In this document: in pieces, positions 16,295-32,750 of the stretch
How positions within the stretch are numbered: the first letter of the stretch is position 1
Layout: each line of letters starts with the position of its first letter
NCBI GenBank assembly: GCA_964016885.1
Contig: OZ024740.1
Span: forward strand, 38,626,001-38,690,000
Length of the DNA: 64,000 bases
Source: Eledone cirrhosa
Taxonomy: Eukaryota
Direction of reading: 5' to 3'
Translations under genes and position numbers: made by a program
Notes under the pieces: model-generated
What the model was told of the DNA's origin: nothing
The model's database searches: none
What the model saw: the letters and a program-made list of their open reading frames with translations, nothing else

Positions 16295-18317
16295 AGAACT
16301 ACTGGTAATACTATAAGATATATACCATCTCTTGTCATTAACAAGGGTTAACAGTAGAACTACTGGCAATACTATAACATATACACCATCTCTTGTCATT
16401 AACAAGGGTTAACAGAAGAACTGCTGGCAATACAATAACATATAAACCATCTCTTGTCATTAAGAAGGGTTAACAGTAGAACGACTGGCAATACATATAT
16501 ACCATCTCTTGTCATTAACAAGGGTTAACAGTAGAACTATTCGCATTACTATAACATATACACCATCTCTTGTCATTAAGAAGGGGTAACAGTAGAAATA
16601 CTGGCAATACTATAACATATACACTATCTCTTGTCATTAAGAAGGGTTAACAGTAGAACTACTGGCAATACTATAACATAAACACCATCTAGAACTATTG
16701 GCAATACTATAAAATATACACCATCTCTTGTCATTAAGAAGGGTTAACAGTAGAAATACTGGAAATACTATAACATATATACCATCTCTTGTCAGTAACA
16801 AGGGTTAACAGTAGAACTACTGGCAATAGTATAACATATACACCCTCTCTTGTCATTAAGAAGGGTTAACAGTAGAACTACAGGCAATACTATTACATAT
16901 ACACTATCTCTTGTCATTAACAAGGGTTAACAGTGGAACTATTCGCAATACTATAACATATACACCATCTCTTGTCATTAAGAATGGTTAACAGTAGAAC
17001 TATTGGCAATACTATAACTTATACACCATATCTTGTCATTAACAAGGGTTAACAGTAGAACTATTCGCAATACTATAACATATACACCATCTCTTGTCAT
17101 TAACAACGGTTAACAGTAGAACTACCGGCAATACTATAAAATATACACCATCTCTTGTCATTAACAAGGGTTAACAGTAGAACTACTGGCAATACAATAA
17201 CATATATACCATCTCTTGTAATTAACAAGGGTTAACAGTATAACTACTGGAAACACTATAACATATACACCATCTCTTTTCATTAACAAGTGCTAACAGT
17301 AGAACTACTGGTAATACTATAAGATATATACCATCTCTTGTCATTAACAAGGGTTAACAGTAGAACTACTGGCAATACTATAACATATACACCATCTCTT
17401 GTCATTAACAAGGGTTAACAGAAGAACTGCTGGCAATACAATAACATATAAACCATCTCTTGTCATTAAGAAGGGTTAACAGTAGAACGACTGGCAATAC
17501 ATATATACCATCTCTTGTCATTAACAAGGGTTAACAGTAGAACTATTCGCATTACTATAACATATACACCATCTCTTGTCATTAAGAAGGGGTAACAGTA
17601 GAAATACTGGCAATACTATAACATATACACTATCTCTTGTCATTAAGAAGGGTTAACAGTAGAACTACTGGCAATACTATAACATAAACACCATCTAGAA
17701 CTATTGGCAATACTATAAAATATACACCATCTCTTGTCATTAAGAAGGGTTAACAGTAGAAATACTGGAAATACTATAACATATATACCATCTCTTGTCA
17801 GTAACAAGGGTTAACAGTAGAACTACTGGCAATAGTATAACATATACACCCTCTCTTGTCATTAAGAAGGGTTAACAGTAGAACTACAGGCAATACTATT
17901 ACATATACACTATCTCTTGTCATTAACAAGGGTTAACAGTGGAACTATTCGCAATACTATAACATATACACCATCTCTTGTCATTAAGAATGGTTAACAG
18001 TAGAACTATTGGCAATACTATAACTTATACACCATATCTTGTCATTAACAAGGGTTAACAGTAGAACTATTCGCAATACTATAACATATACACCATCTCT
18101 TGTCATTAACAACGGTTAACAGTAGAACTACCGGCAATACTATAAAATATACACCATCTCTTGTCATTAACAAGGGTTAACAGTAGAACTACTGGCAATA
18201 CAATAACATATATACCATCTCTTGTAATTAACAAGGGTTAACAGTATAACTACTGGAAACACTATAACATATACACCATCTCTTTTCATTAACAAGTGCT
18301 AACAGTAGAACTACTGG
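16295..18317 (+). repeat. Tandem duplication of a 1,006-bp, 17-monomer unit
   Basis: TCTAGA at 16688/17694. The rare variants CTGGTAAT (16305/17311), ACTACCGG, AATAGTAT and AAGTGCTAAC all recur at +1,006, which equals 17x61-6-25. Confidence 0.92.
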
Positions 18318-20999
18318 CAATACTATAAGATATACACCATCTCTTGTCATTAACAAGAGTTAACAGTAGAACTACTGTCAATACTATAACATATATACCA
18401 TCTCTTGTCATTAATAAGGGTTAACAGTAGAACTACTGTCAATACTATAACATATATACCATCTCTTGTCATTAAGAATGGTTAACGGTAGAACTACTTG
18501 CAATACTATGACATATACACCATCTCTTTTCATTAACAAGGGTTAACAGTAGCACTACTGGCAATACTATAAGATATACACCATCTCTTGTCATTAACAA
18601 GAGTTAACAGTAGAACTACTGTCAATACTATAACATATACACCATCTCTTGTCATTAAGAAGGGTTAACGGTAGAACTACTGGCAATACTATAACATATA
18701 CATCATCACTTGTCATTAAGAAGGGTTAACAGTAGAACTACTGGCAATACTATAACATAAACACCATCTCTTGTCATTAAGAAGGGTTAACAGTAGAACT
18801 ATTGGCAATACTATAACATATACACCATCCCTTGTCATTAAGAAGTGTCAACCGTAGAACTACTGGCGTTACTATAACATATACACCATCTCTTGTCATT
18901 AAGAAGGGTTAACAGTAGAACTACTGGCAATACTATAACATATACACCATCTCTTGTCATTAAGAAGGGTTAACAGTAGATCTACTGGCAATAATATAAC
19001 ATATATACCATCGCTTGTCATTAACAAGAGTTAACAGTAGAACTACTGGCTATACTATAACATATATACCATCTCTTGTCATTAAAAGGGTTAACAGTAG
19101 AACAACTGGCAATACATATATACCATCTCTTGTCATTAACAAGGGTTAAACAGTAGAACTATTCGCAATACTATAACATATACACCATCTCTTGTCATTA
19201 AGAAGGGTTAACAGTAGAAATACTGGCAATACTATAACATATACACTATCTCTTGTCATTAAGAAGGGTTAACAGTAGAACTACTGGCAATACTATAACA
19301 TATACACCATCTAGAACTAATGGCAATACTATAACATATACACCATCTCTTGTCATTAAGAAGGGTTAACAGTAGAAATGCTGGCAATGCTATAACATAT
19401 ACACTATCTCTTGTCATTAAGAAGGGTTAACAGTAGAACTACTGGAAATACTATAACATATACACCATCTCTTGTCATTAAGAAGGGTTAACAGTAGAAC
19501 TACTTGCAATACTATGACATATGCACCATCTCTTTTCATTAACAAGGGTTAACAGTAGAACTACTGTCAATACTATAACATATAGACCATCTCTTGTCAT
19601 TAAGAAGGGTTAACAGTAGAACTACTGGCAATACTATAACATATACACCATCTTTTGTTAATAAGAAGGGTTAACAGTAGAACTACTGGCAATACTATAA
19701 CATATACACCATCTCTTGTCATTAAGAAAGGTTAACAGTAGAACTACTAGCAATACTATAACATATACACCATCTCTTATCATTAAGAAGGGTTCACAGT
19801 AGATCTACTGGCAATACTATAACATATACACCATCTCTTGTCATTAACAAGTGTTAACAGTAGAACTACTGGAAATACTATAACATATACACCATCTCTT
19901 GTCATTAATAAGGGTTAACAGTAGAACTACTGGCAATACTGTAACATTTACACCATCTCTTGCTGTTAACAAGGGTTAACAGTAGAACTACTGGCAATAC
20001 TATAAAATATACACCATCTCTTGTCATTAACAAGGGTTAACAGTAGAACGACTGGCTTTACTATAACATATATACCATCTCTTGTCATTAACAAGAGTTA
20101 ACAGTAGAACTACTGGCTATACTATAAAATATATACCATCTCTTGTCATTAAGAATGGTTAACGGTAGAACTACTTGCAATACTATGACATATACACCAT
20201 CTCTTTTCATTAACAAGGGTAAACAGTAGAACTACTGGCAATACTATAAGATATACACCATCTCTTGTCATTAACAAGAGTTAACAGTAGAACTACTGTC
20301 AATACTATAACATATACACCATCTCTTGTCATTAAGAAGGGTTAACAGTAGAACTACTGGCAATACTATAACATATACACCATCTTTTGTCATTAAGAAG
20401 GGTTAACAGTAGAACTACTGGCAATACTATAACATATATACCATCTCTTGTCATTAAGAAGGTTTAACAGTAGAACTACTGGCAATACTATAACATATAC
20501 ACCATCCCTTGTCATTAAGAAGTGTCAACCGTAGAACTACTGGCGTTACTATAACACATACACCATCTCTTGTCATTAAGAAGGGTTAACAGTAGAACTA
20601 CTAGCAATACTATAACATATACACCATCTCTTGTCATTAAGAAGGGTTAACAGTAGAACTCCTGGCAATACTATAACATATATACCATCGCTTGTCATTA
20701 ACAAGAGTTAACAGTAGAACTAGTGGCTATACTATAACATATACACCATCTCTTGTCATTAACAAGTGTTAACAGTAGAACTACTGGCAATACTATAACA
20801 TATACATCATCTCCTGTCATTAAGAAGGGTTAACAGTAGAACTACTGGCAATACTATAAGATAAACACCATCTCTTGTAATTAACAAGGGTTAACAGTAG
20901 AACTACTGGCAATACTATAACATATATAACATCTCTTGTCATTAAGAAGGTTTAACAGTAGAACTACTGGCAATACTATAACATATACACCATCCCTTG

Positions 21000-23900
21000 T
21001 CATTAAGAAGTGTCAACCGTAGAACTACTGGCGTTACTATAACATATACACCATCTCTTGTCATTAAGAAGGGTTAACAGTAGAACTACTGGCAATACTA
21101 TAACATATACACCATCCTTTGTCATTAAGAGAGGGTTAACAGTAGAACTACTAGCAATACTATAACATATACACCATCTCTTGTCATTAAGAAGGGTTAA
21201 CAGAAGATCTACTGGCAATACTATAACATATACACAATCTCTTGTCATTAATAAGGGTTAACAGTAGAACTACTGGCAATAATATAACATATATACCATC
21301 GCTTGTCATTAACAAGAGTTAACAGTAGAACTACTGGCTATACTATAACATATATACCATCTCTTGTCATTAAAAGGGTTAACAGTAGAACAACTGGCAA
21401 TACATATATACCATCTCTTGTCATTAACAAGGGTTAACAGTAGAACTATTCGCAATACTATAACATATACACCATCTCTTGTCATTAAGAAGGGTTAACA
21501 TTAGAAATACTGGCAATACTATAACATATACACTATCTCTTGTCATTAAGAAGGGTTAACAGTAGAACTACTGGCAATACTATAACATATACACCATCTA
21601 GAACTAATGGCAATACTATAAAATATACACCATCTCTTGTCATTAAGAAGGGTTAACAGTAGAAATACTGGCAATACTATAACATATAAACTATCTCTTG
21701 TCATTAACAAGGGTTAACAGTAGAACTACTGGCAATAATATAAGATATACACCATCTCTTGTCATTAACAAGAGTTAACAGGCTAACTACTGGAAATATT
21801 ATAACATATACACCATATCTTGTCATTAAGAATGGTTAACAGTAGAACTACTGGCAATACTATAAGATATACACCATCTCTTGTCACTAACAAGAGTTAA
21901 CAGTAGAACTACTGTCAATACTATAACATATACACCATCTCTTGTCATTAAGAAGGGTTAACAGTAGAACTACTGGCAATATTATAACATATCCACCATC
22001 GCTTGTCATTAAGAAGTGTTAACCGTAGAACTACTGGCAATACTATAACATATACACCATCTTTTGTCAATAAGAAGGGTTAACAGTAGAACTACTAGCA
22101 ATACTATAACATATACACCATCTCTTGTCATTAAGAAAGGTTAACAGTAGAACTACTAGCAATACTATAACATATACACCATCTCTTATCATTAAGAAGG
22201 GTTCACAGTAGATCTACTGGCAATACTATAACATATACACCATCTCTTGTCATTAACAAGGGTTAACATTAGAACTACTGGCAATACTATAACATATACA
22301 CCATCTCTTGTCATTAAGAAAGGTTAACAGTAGAACTACTAGCAATACTATAACATATACACCATCTCTTATCATTAAGCAGGGTTCACAGTAGATCTAC
22401 TGGCAATACTATAACATATACACCATCTCTTGTCATTAACAAGGGTTAACAGTAGAACTACTGGCAATACTGTAACATTTACACCATCTCTTGCTGTTAA
22501 CAAGGGTTAACAGTAGAACTACTGGCAATACTATAAAATATACACCATCTCTTGTCATTAACAAGGGTTAACAGTAGAACGACTGGCTATACTATAACAT
22601 ATATACCATCTCTTGTCATTAACAAGAGTTAACAGTAGAACTACTGGCTATACTATAAAATATATACCATCCCTTGTCATTAACAAGTGTTAACAGTAGA
22701 ACTACTGGCAATACTATAACATATACACCATCTCTTGTCATTAATAAGGGTTAACAGTAGAACTACTGGCAATACTATAACATATATACCATCGCTTGTC
22801 ATTAACAAGAGTTAACAGTAGAACTACTGGCTATACTATAACATATACACGATCTCTTGTCATTAACAAGTGTTAACAGTAGAACTACTGGCAATACTAT
22901 AACATATACAACATCTCTTGTCATTAAGAAGGGTTAACAGTAGAACTACTGGCAATAATATAACATAAACACCATCTCTTGTAATTAACAAGGGTTAACA
23001 GTAGAACTACTGGCAATATTATAACATATATACCATCTCTTGTCATTAAGAAGGGTTAACAGTAGAACTACTGGCAATACTATAACATATACACCATCTC
23101 TTGTCATTAATAAGGGTTAACAGTAGAACTACTGGCAATACTATAACATATATAACATCGCTTGTCATTAACAAGAATTAACAGTAGAACTACTGGCAAT
23201 ACTATAACATATACACCATCTCTTGCCATTAAGAAGTGTCAACCGTAGAACTACTGGCGTTACTATAACATATACACCATCTCTTGTCATTAAGAAGGGT
23301 TAACAGTAGAACTACTGGCAATACTATAACATATACACCATCCTTTGTCATTAAGAAGGGTTAACAGTAGAACTACTAGCAATACTATAACATATACACC
23401 ATCTCTTGTCATTAAGAAGGGTTAACAGAAGATCTACTGGCAATACTATAACATATACACAATCTCTTGTCATTAATAAGGGTTAACAGTAGAACTACTG
23501 GCAATAATATAACATATATACCATCGCTTGTCATTAACAAGAGTTAACAGTAGAACTACTGGCTATACTATAACATATATACCATCTCTTGTCATTAAAA
23601 GGGTTAACAGTAGAACAACTGGCAATACATATATACCATCTCTTGTCATTAACAAGGGTTAACAGTAGAACTATTCGCAATACTATAACATATACACCAT
23701 CTCTTGTCATTAAGAAGGGGTAACAGTAGAAATACTGGCAATACTATAACATATACACTATCTCTTGTCATTAAGAAGGGTTAACAGTAGAACTACTGGC
23801 AATACTATAACATATACACCATCTAGAACTAATGGCAATACTATAAAATATACACCATCTCTTGTCATTAAGAAGGGTTAACAGTAGAAATACTGGCAAT

Positions 23901-26900
23901 ACTATAACATATAAACTATCTCTTGTCATTAAGAAGGGTTAACATTAGAACTACTGGAAATACTATAACATATACACCATCTCTTGTCATTAAGAAGGGT
24001 TAACAGTAGAACTACTTGCAATACTATGACATATGCACCATCTCTTTTCATTAACAAAGGGTTAACATTAGAACTACTGGCAATAATATAAGATATACAC
24101 CATCTCTTGTCATTAACAAGAGTTAACAGTCTAACTACTGGAAATATTATAACATATACACCATATCTTGTCATTAAGAATGGTTAACAGTAGAACTACT
24201 GGCAATACTATAAGATATACACCATCTCTTGTCATTAACAAGAGTTAACAGTAGAACTACTGTCAATACTATAACATATACACCATCTCTTGTCATTAAG
24301 AAGAGTTACCAGTAGAACTACTGGCAATATTATAACATATCCACCATCGCTTGTCATTAAGAAATGTTAACCGTAGAACTACTGGCAATACTATAACATA
24401 TACACCATCTCTTGTCATTAAGAAGGGTTAACAGTAGAACTACTGGCAATACTATAACATATACACCACCTTTTGTCAATAAGAAGGGTTAACAGCAGAA
24501 CTACTGGCAATACTATAACATATACACCATCTCTTGTCATTAAGAAAGGTTAACAGTAGAACTACTAGCAATACTATAACATATACACCATCTCTTATCA
24601 TTAAGAAGGGTTCACAGTAGATCTACTGGCAATACTATAACATATACACCATCTCTTGTCATTAACAAGGGTTAACATTAGAACTACTGGCAATACTATA
24701 ACATATACACCATCTCTTGTCATTAAGAAAGGTTAACAGTAGAACTACTAGCAATACTATAACATATACACCATCTCTTATCATTAAGAAGGGTTCACAG
24801 TAGATCTACTGGCAATACTATAACATATACACGATCTCTTGTCATTAACAAGGGTTAACAGTAGAACTACTGGCAATACTGTAACATTTACACCATCTCT
24901 TGCTGTTAACAAGGGTTAACAGTAGAACTACTGGCAATACTATAAAATATACACCATCTCTTGTCATTAAGAAGGGTTAACAGTAGAACGACTGGCTATA
25001 CTATAACATATATACCATCTCTTGTCATTAACAAGAGTTAACAGTAGAACTACTGGCTATACTATAAAATATATACCATCCCTTGTCATTAACAAGTGTT
25101 AACAGTAGAACTACTGGCAATACTATAACATATACACCATCTCTTGTCATTAATAAGGGTTAACAGTAGAACTACTGGCAATACTATAACATATATACCA
25201 TCGCTTGTCATTAACAAGAGTTAACAGTAGAACTACTGGCTATACTATAACATATACACGATCTCTTGTCATTAACAAGTGTTAACAGTAGAACTACTGG
25301 CAATACTATAACATATACAACATCTCTTGTCATTAAGAAGGGTTAACAGTAGAACTACTGGCAATAATATAACATAAACACCATCTCTTGTAATTAACAA
25401 GGGTTAACAGTAGAACTACTGGCTATACTATAACATATACACGATCTCTTGTCATTAACAAGTGTTAACAGTAGAACTACTGGCAATACTATAACATATA
25501 CAACATCTCTTGTCATTAAGAAGGGTTAACAGTAGAACTACTGGCAATAATATAACATAAACACCATCTCTTGTAATTAATAAGGGTTAACAGTAGAACT
25601 ACTGGCAATACTATAACATATATACCATCTCTTGTCATTAAGAAGGGTTAACAGTAGAACTACTGGCAATACTATAACATATACACCATCTCTTGTCATT
25701 AATAAGGGTTAACAGTAGAACTACTGGCAATACTATAACATATATAACATCGCTTGTCATTAACAAGAATTAACAGTAGAACTACTGGCAATACTATAAC
25801 ATATACACCATCTCTTGCCATTAAGAAGTGTCAACCGTAGAACTACTGGCGTTACTATAACATATACACCATCTCTTGTCATTAAGAAGGGTTAACAGTA
25901 GAACTACTGGCAATACTATAACATATACACCATCCTTTGTCATTAAGAAGGGTTAACAGTAGAACTACTAGCAATACTATAACATATACACCATCTCTTG
26001 TCATTAAGAAGGGTTAACAGAAGATCTACTGGCAATACTATAACATATACACAATCTCTTGTCATTAATAAGGGTTAACAGTAGAACTACTGGCAATAAT
26101 ATAACATATATACCATCGCTTGTCATTAACAAGAGTTAACATTAGAACTACTGGAAATACTATAACATATACACCATCTCTTGTCATTAAGAAGGGTTAA
26201 CAGTAGAACTACTTGCAATACTATGACATATGCACCATCTCTTTTCATTAACAAGGGTTAACAGTAGAACTACTGGCAATAATATAAGATATACACCATC
26301 TCTTGTCATTAACAAGAGTTAACAGTCTAACTACTGGAAATATTATAACATATACACCATATCTTGTCATTAAGAATGGTTAACAGTAGAACTACTGGCA
26401 ATACTATAAGATATACACCATCTCTTGTCATTAACAAGAGTTAACAGTAGAACTACTGTCAATACTATAACATATACACCATCTCTTGTCATTAAGAAGG
26501 GTTAACAGTAGAACTACTGGCAATATTATAACATATCCACCATCGCTTGTCATTAAGAAGTGTTAACCGTAGAACTACTGGCAATACTATAACATATACA
26601 CCATCTCTTGTCATTAAGAAGGGTTAACAGTAGAACTACTGGCAATACTATAACATATACACCATCTTTTGTCAATAAGAAGGGTTAACAGTAGAACTAC
26701 TGGCAATACTATAACATATACACCATCTCTTGTCATTAAGAAAGGTTAACAGTAGAACTACTAGCAATACTATAACATATACACCATCTGTTATCATTAA
26801 GAAGGGTTCACAGTAGATCTACTGGCAATACTATAACATATACACCATCTCTTGTCATTAACAAGGGTTAACATTAGAACTACTGGCAATACTATAACAT

Positions 26901-29900
26901 ATACACCATCTCTTGTCATTAAGAAAGGTTAACAGTAGAACTACTAGCAATACTATAACATATACACCATCTCTTATCATTAAGAAGGGTTCACAGTAGA
27001 TCTACTGGCAATACTATAACATATACACCATCTCTTGTCATTAACAAGGGTTAACAGTAGAACTACTGGCAATACTGTAATATTTACACCATCTCTTGCT
27101 GTTAACAAGGGTTAACAGTAGAACTACTGGCAATACTATAAAATATACACCATCTCTTGTCATTAACAAGGGTTAACAGTAGAACGACTGGCTATACTAT
27201 AACATATATACCATCTCTTGTCATTAACAAGAGTTAACAGTAGAACTACTGGCTATACTATAAAATATATACCATCCCTTGTCATTAACAAGCGTTAACA
27301 GTAGAACTACTGGCAATACTATAACATATACACCATCTCTTGTCATTAATAAGGGTTAACAGTAGAACTACTGGCAATACTATAACATATATACCATCGC
27401 TTGTCATTAACAAGAGTTAACAGTAGAACTACTGGCTATACTATAACATATACACGATCTCTTGTCATTAACAAGTGTTAACAGTAGAACTACTGGCAAT
27501 ACTATAACATATACAACATCTCTTGTCATTAAGAAGGGTTAACAGTAGAACTACTGGCAATAATATAACATAAACACCATCTCTTGTAATTAACAAGGGT
27601 TAACAGTAGAACTACTGGCAATACTATAACATATATACCATCTCTTGTCATTAAGAAGGGTTAACAGTAGAACTACTGGCAATACTATAACATATACACC
27701 ATCTCTTGTCATTAATAAGGGTTAACAGTAGAACTACTGGCAATACTATAACATATATAACATCGCTTGTCATTAACAAGAATTAACAGTAGAACTACTG
27801 GCAATACTATAACATATACACCATCTCTTGTCATTAAGAAGTGTCAACCGTAGAACTACTGGCATTACTATAACATATACACCATCTCTTGTCATTAAGA
27901 AGGGTTAACAGTAGAACTACTGGCAATACTATAACATATACACCATCCTTTGTCATTAAGAAGGGTTAACAGTAGAACTACTAGCAATACTATAACATAT
28001 ACACCATCTCTTGTCATTAAGAAGGGTTAACAGAAGATCTACTGGCAATACTATAACATATACACAATCTTTTGTCATTAATAAGGGTTAACAGTAGAAC
28101 TACTGGCAATAATATAACATATATACCATCGCTTGTCATTAACAAGAGTTAACAGTAGAACTACTGGCTATACTATAACATATATACCATCTCTTGTCAT
28201 TAAAAGGGTTAACAGTAGAACAACTGGCAATACATATATACCATCTCTTGTCATTACCAAGGGTTAACAGTAGAACTATTCGCAATACTATAACATATAC
28301 ACCATCTCTTGTCATTAAGAAGGGGTAACAGTAGAAATACTGGCAATACTATAACATATACACTATCTCTTGTCATTAAGAAGGGTTAACAGTAGAACTA
28401 CTGGCAATACTATAACATATACACCATCTAGAACTAATGGCAATACTATAAAATATACACCATCTCTTGTCATTAAGAAGGGTTAACAGTAGAAATACTG
28501 GCAATACTATAACATATAAACTATCTCTTGTCATTAAGAAGGGTTAACATTAGAACTACTGGAAATACTATAACATATACACCATCTCTTGTCATTAAGA
28601 AGGGTTAACAGTAGAACTACTTGCAATACTATGACATATGCACCATCTCTTTTCATTCACAAGGGTTAACAGTAGAACAACTGGCAATAATATAAGATAT
28701 ACACCATCTCTTGTCATTAACAAGAGTTAACAGTCTAACTACTGGAAATATTATAACATATACACCATATCTTGTCATTAAGAATGGTTAACAGTAGAAC
28801 TACTGGCAATACTATAAGATATACACCATCTCTTGTCATTAACAAGAGTTAACAGTAGAACTACTGGCAATATTATAACATATCCACCATCGCTTGTCAT
28901 TAAGAAGTGTTAACCGTAGAACTACTGGCAATACTATAACATATACACCATCTCTTGTCATTAAGAAGGGTTAACAGTAGAACTACTGGCAATACTATAA
29001 CATATACACCATCTTTTGTCAATAAGAAGGGTTAACAGCAGAACTACTGGCAATAATATAAGATATACACCATCTCTTGTCATTAACAAGAGTTAACAGT
29101 CTAACTACTGGAAATATTATAACATATACACCATATCTTGTCATTAAGAATGGTTAACAGTAGAACTACTGGCAATACTATAAGATATACACCATCTCTT
29201 GTCATTAACAAGAGTTAACAGTAGAACTACTGTCAATACTATAACATATACACCATCTCTTGTCATTAAGAAGGGTTAACAGTAGAACTACTGGCAATAT
29301 TATAACATATCCACCATCGCTTGTCATTAAGAAGTGTTAACCGTAGAACTACTGGCAATACTATAACATATACACCATCTCTTGTCATTAAGAAGGGTTA
29401 ACAGTAGAACTACTGGCAATACTATAACATATACACCATCTTTTGTCAATAAGAAGGGTTAACAGTAGAACTACTGGCAATACTATAACATATACACCAT
29501 CTCTTGTCATTAAGAAAGGTTAACAGTAGAACTACTAGCAATACTATAACATATACACCATCTCTTATCATTAAGAAGGGTTCACAGTAGATCTACTGGC
29601 AATACTATAACATATACACCATCTCTTGTCATTAACAAGGGTTAACATTAGAACTACTGGCAATACTATAACATATACACCATCTCTTGTCATTAAGAAA
29701 GGTTAACAGTAGAACTACTAGCAATACTATAACATATACACCATCTCTTATCATTAAGAAGGGTTCACAGTAGATCTACTGGCAATACTATAACATATAC
29801 ACCATCTCTTGTCATTAACAAGGGTTAACAATAGAACTACTGGCAATACTGTAACATTTACACCATCTCTTGCTGTTAACAAGGGTTAACAGTAGAACTA

Positions 29901-32750
29901 CTGGCAATACTATAAAATATACACCATCTCTTGTCATTAACAAGGGTTAACAGTAGAACGACTGGCTATACTATAACATATATACCATCTCTTGTCATTA
30001 ACAAGAGTTAACAGTAGAACTACTGGCTATACTATAAAATATATACCATCCCTTGTCATTAACAAGTGTTAACAGTAGAACTACTGGCAATACTATAACA
30101 TATACACCATCTCTTGTCATTAATAAGGGTTAACAGTAGAACTACTGGCAATACTATAACATATATACCATCGCTTGTCATTAACAAGAGTTAACAGTAG
30201 AACTACTGGCTATACTATAACATATACACGATCTCTTGTCATTAACAAGTGTTAACAGTAGAACTACTGGCAATACTATAACATATACAACATCTCTTGT
30301 CATTAAGAAGGGTTAACAGTAGAACTACTGGCAATAATATAACATAAACACCATCTCTTGTAATTAACAAGGGTTAACAGTAGAACTACTGGCAATACTA
30401 TAACATATATACCATCTCTTGTCATTAAGAAGGGTTAACAGTAGAACTACTGGCAATACTATAACATATACACCATCTCTTGTCATTAATAAGGGTTAAC
30501 AGTAGAACTACTGACAATACTATAACATATATAACATCGCTTGTCATTAACAAGAATTAACAGTAGAACTACTGGCAATACTATAACATATACACCATCT
30601 CTTGTCATTAAGAAGTGTCAACCGTAGAACTACTGGCGTTACTATAACATATACACCATCTCTTGTCATTAAGAAGGGTTAACAGTAGAACTACTGGCAA
30701 TACTATAACATATACACCATCCTTTGTCATTAAGAAGGGTTAACAGTAGAACTACTAGCACTACTATAACATATACACCATCTCTTGTCATTAAGAAGGG
30801 TTAACAGAAGATCTACTGGCAATACTATAACATATACACAATCTCTTGTCATTAATAAGGGTTAACATTAGAACTACTGGCAATAATATAACATATATAC
30901 CATCGCTTGTCATTAACAAGAGTTAACAGTAGAACTACTGGCTATACTATAACATATATACCATCTCTTGTCATTAAAAGGGTTAACAGTAGAACAACTG
31001 GCAATACCTATATACCATCTCTTGTCATTAACAAGGGTTAACAGTAGAACTATTCGCAATACTATAACATATACACCATCTCTTGTCATTAAGAAGGGGT
31101 AACAGTAGAAATACTGGCAATACTATAACATATACACTATCTCTTGTCATTAAGAAGGGTTAACAGTAGAACTACTGGCAATACAATAACATATACACCA
31201 TCTAGAACTAATGGCAATACTATAAAATATACACCATCTCTTGTCATTAAGAAGGGTTAACAGTAGAAATACTGGCAATACTATAACATATAAACTATCT
31301 CTTGTCATTAAGAAGGGTTAACATTAGAACTACTGGAAATACTATAACATATACACCATCTCTTGTCATTAAGAAGGGTCAACAGTAGAACTACTTGCAA
31401 TACTATGACATATGCACCATCTCTTTTCATTAACAAGGGTTAACAGTAGAACTACTGGCAATAATATAAGATATACACCATCTCTTGTCATTAACAAGAG
31501 TTAACAGTCTAACTACTGGAAATATTATAACATATACACCATATCTTGTCATTAAGAATCGTTAACAGTAGAACTACTGGCAATACTATAAGATATACAC
31601 CATCTCTTGTCATTAACAAGAGTTAACAGTAGAACTACTGTCAATACTATAACATATACACCATCTCTTGTCATTAAGAAGGGTTAACAGTAGAACTACT
31701 GGCAATATTATAACATATCCACCATCGCTTGTCATTAAGAAGTGTTAACCGTAGAACTACTGGCAATATTATAACATATCCACCATCGCTTGTCATTAAG
31801 AAGTGTTAACCGTAGAACTACTGGCAATACTATAACATATACACCATCTCTTGTCATTAAGAAAGGTAAACAGTAGAACTACTAGCAATACTATAACATA
31901 TACACCATCTCTTATCATTAAGAAGGGTTCACAGTAGATCTACTGGCAATACTATAACATATACACCATCTCTTGTCATTAACAAGGGTTAACATTAGAA
32001 CTACTGGCAATACTATAACATATACACCATCTCTTGTCATTAAGAAAGGTTAACAGTAGAACTACTAGCAATACTATAACATATACACCATCTCTTATCA
32101 TTAAGAAGGGTTCACAGTAGATCTACTGGCAATACTATAACATATACACGATCTCTTGTCATTAACAAGGGTTAACAGTAGAACTACTGGCAATACTGTA
32201 ACATTTACACCATCTCTTGCTGTTAACAAGGGTTAACAGTAGAACTACTGGCAATACTATAAAATATACACCATCTCTTGTCATTAACAAGGGTTAACAG
32301 TAGAACGACTGGCTATACTATAACATATATACCATCTCTTGTCATTAACAAGAGTTAACAGTAGAACTACTGGCTATACTATAAAATATATACCATCCCT
32401 TGTCATTAACAAGTGTTAACAGTAGAACTACTGGCAATACTATAACATATACACCATCTCTTGTCATTAATAAGGGTTAACAGTAGAACTACTGGCAATA
32501 ATATAACATATATACCATCGCTTGTCATTAACAAGAGTTAACAGTAGAACTACTGGCTATACTATAACATATACACGATCTCTTGTCATTAACAAGTGTT
32601 AACAGTAGAACTACTGGCAATACTATAACATATACAACATCTCTTGTCATTAAGAAGGGTTAACAGTAGAACTACTGGCAATAATATAACATAAACACCA
32701 TCTCTTGTAATTAACAAGGGTTAACAGTAGAACTACTGGCAATACTCTAA
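21000..32750 (+). repeat. Irregular higher-order repeat, about 5 copies of a 36-46-monomer unit
   Basis: The marker GTAA(C/T)ATTTACACCATCTCTTGCTGTT occurs at 22472, 24881, 27077, 29851 and 32198. The spacings 2409, 2196, 2774 and 2347 correspond to 40, 36, 46 and 39 monomers after allowing for indel monomers. GGTTCACAG, ACACGATC, AAGAATTAAC and CAGAAGATCT recur in the same order. Confidence 0.88.
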
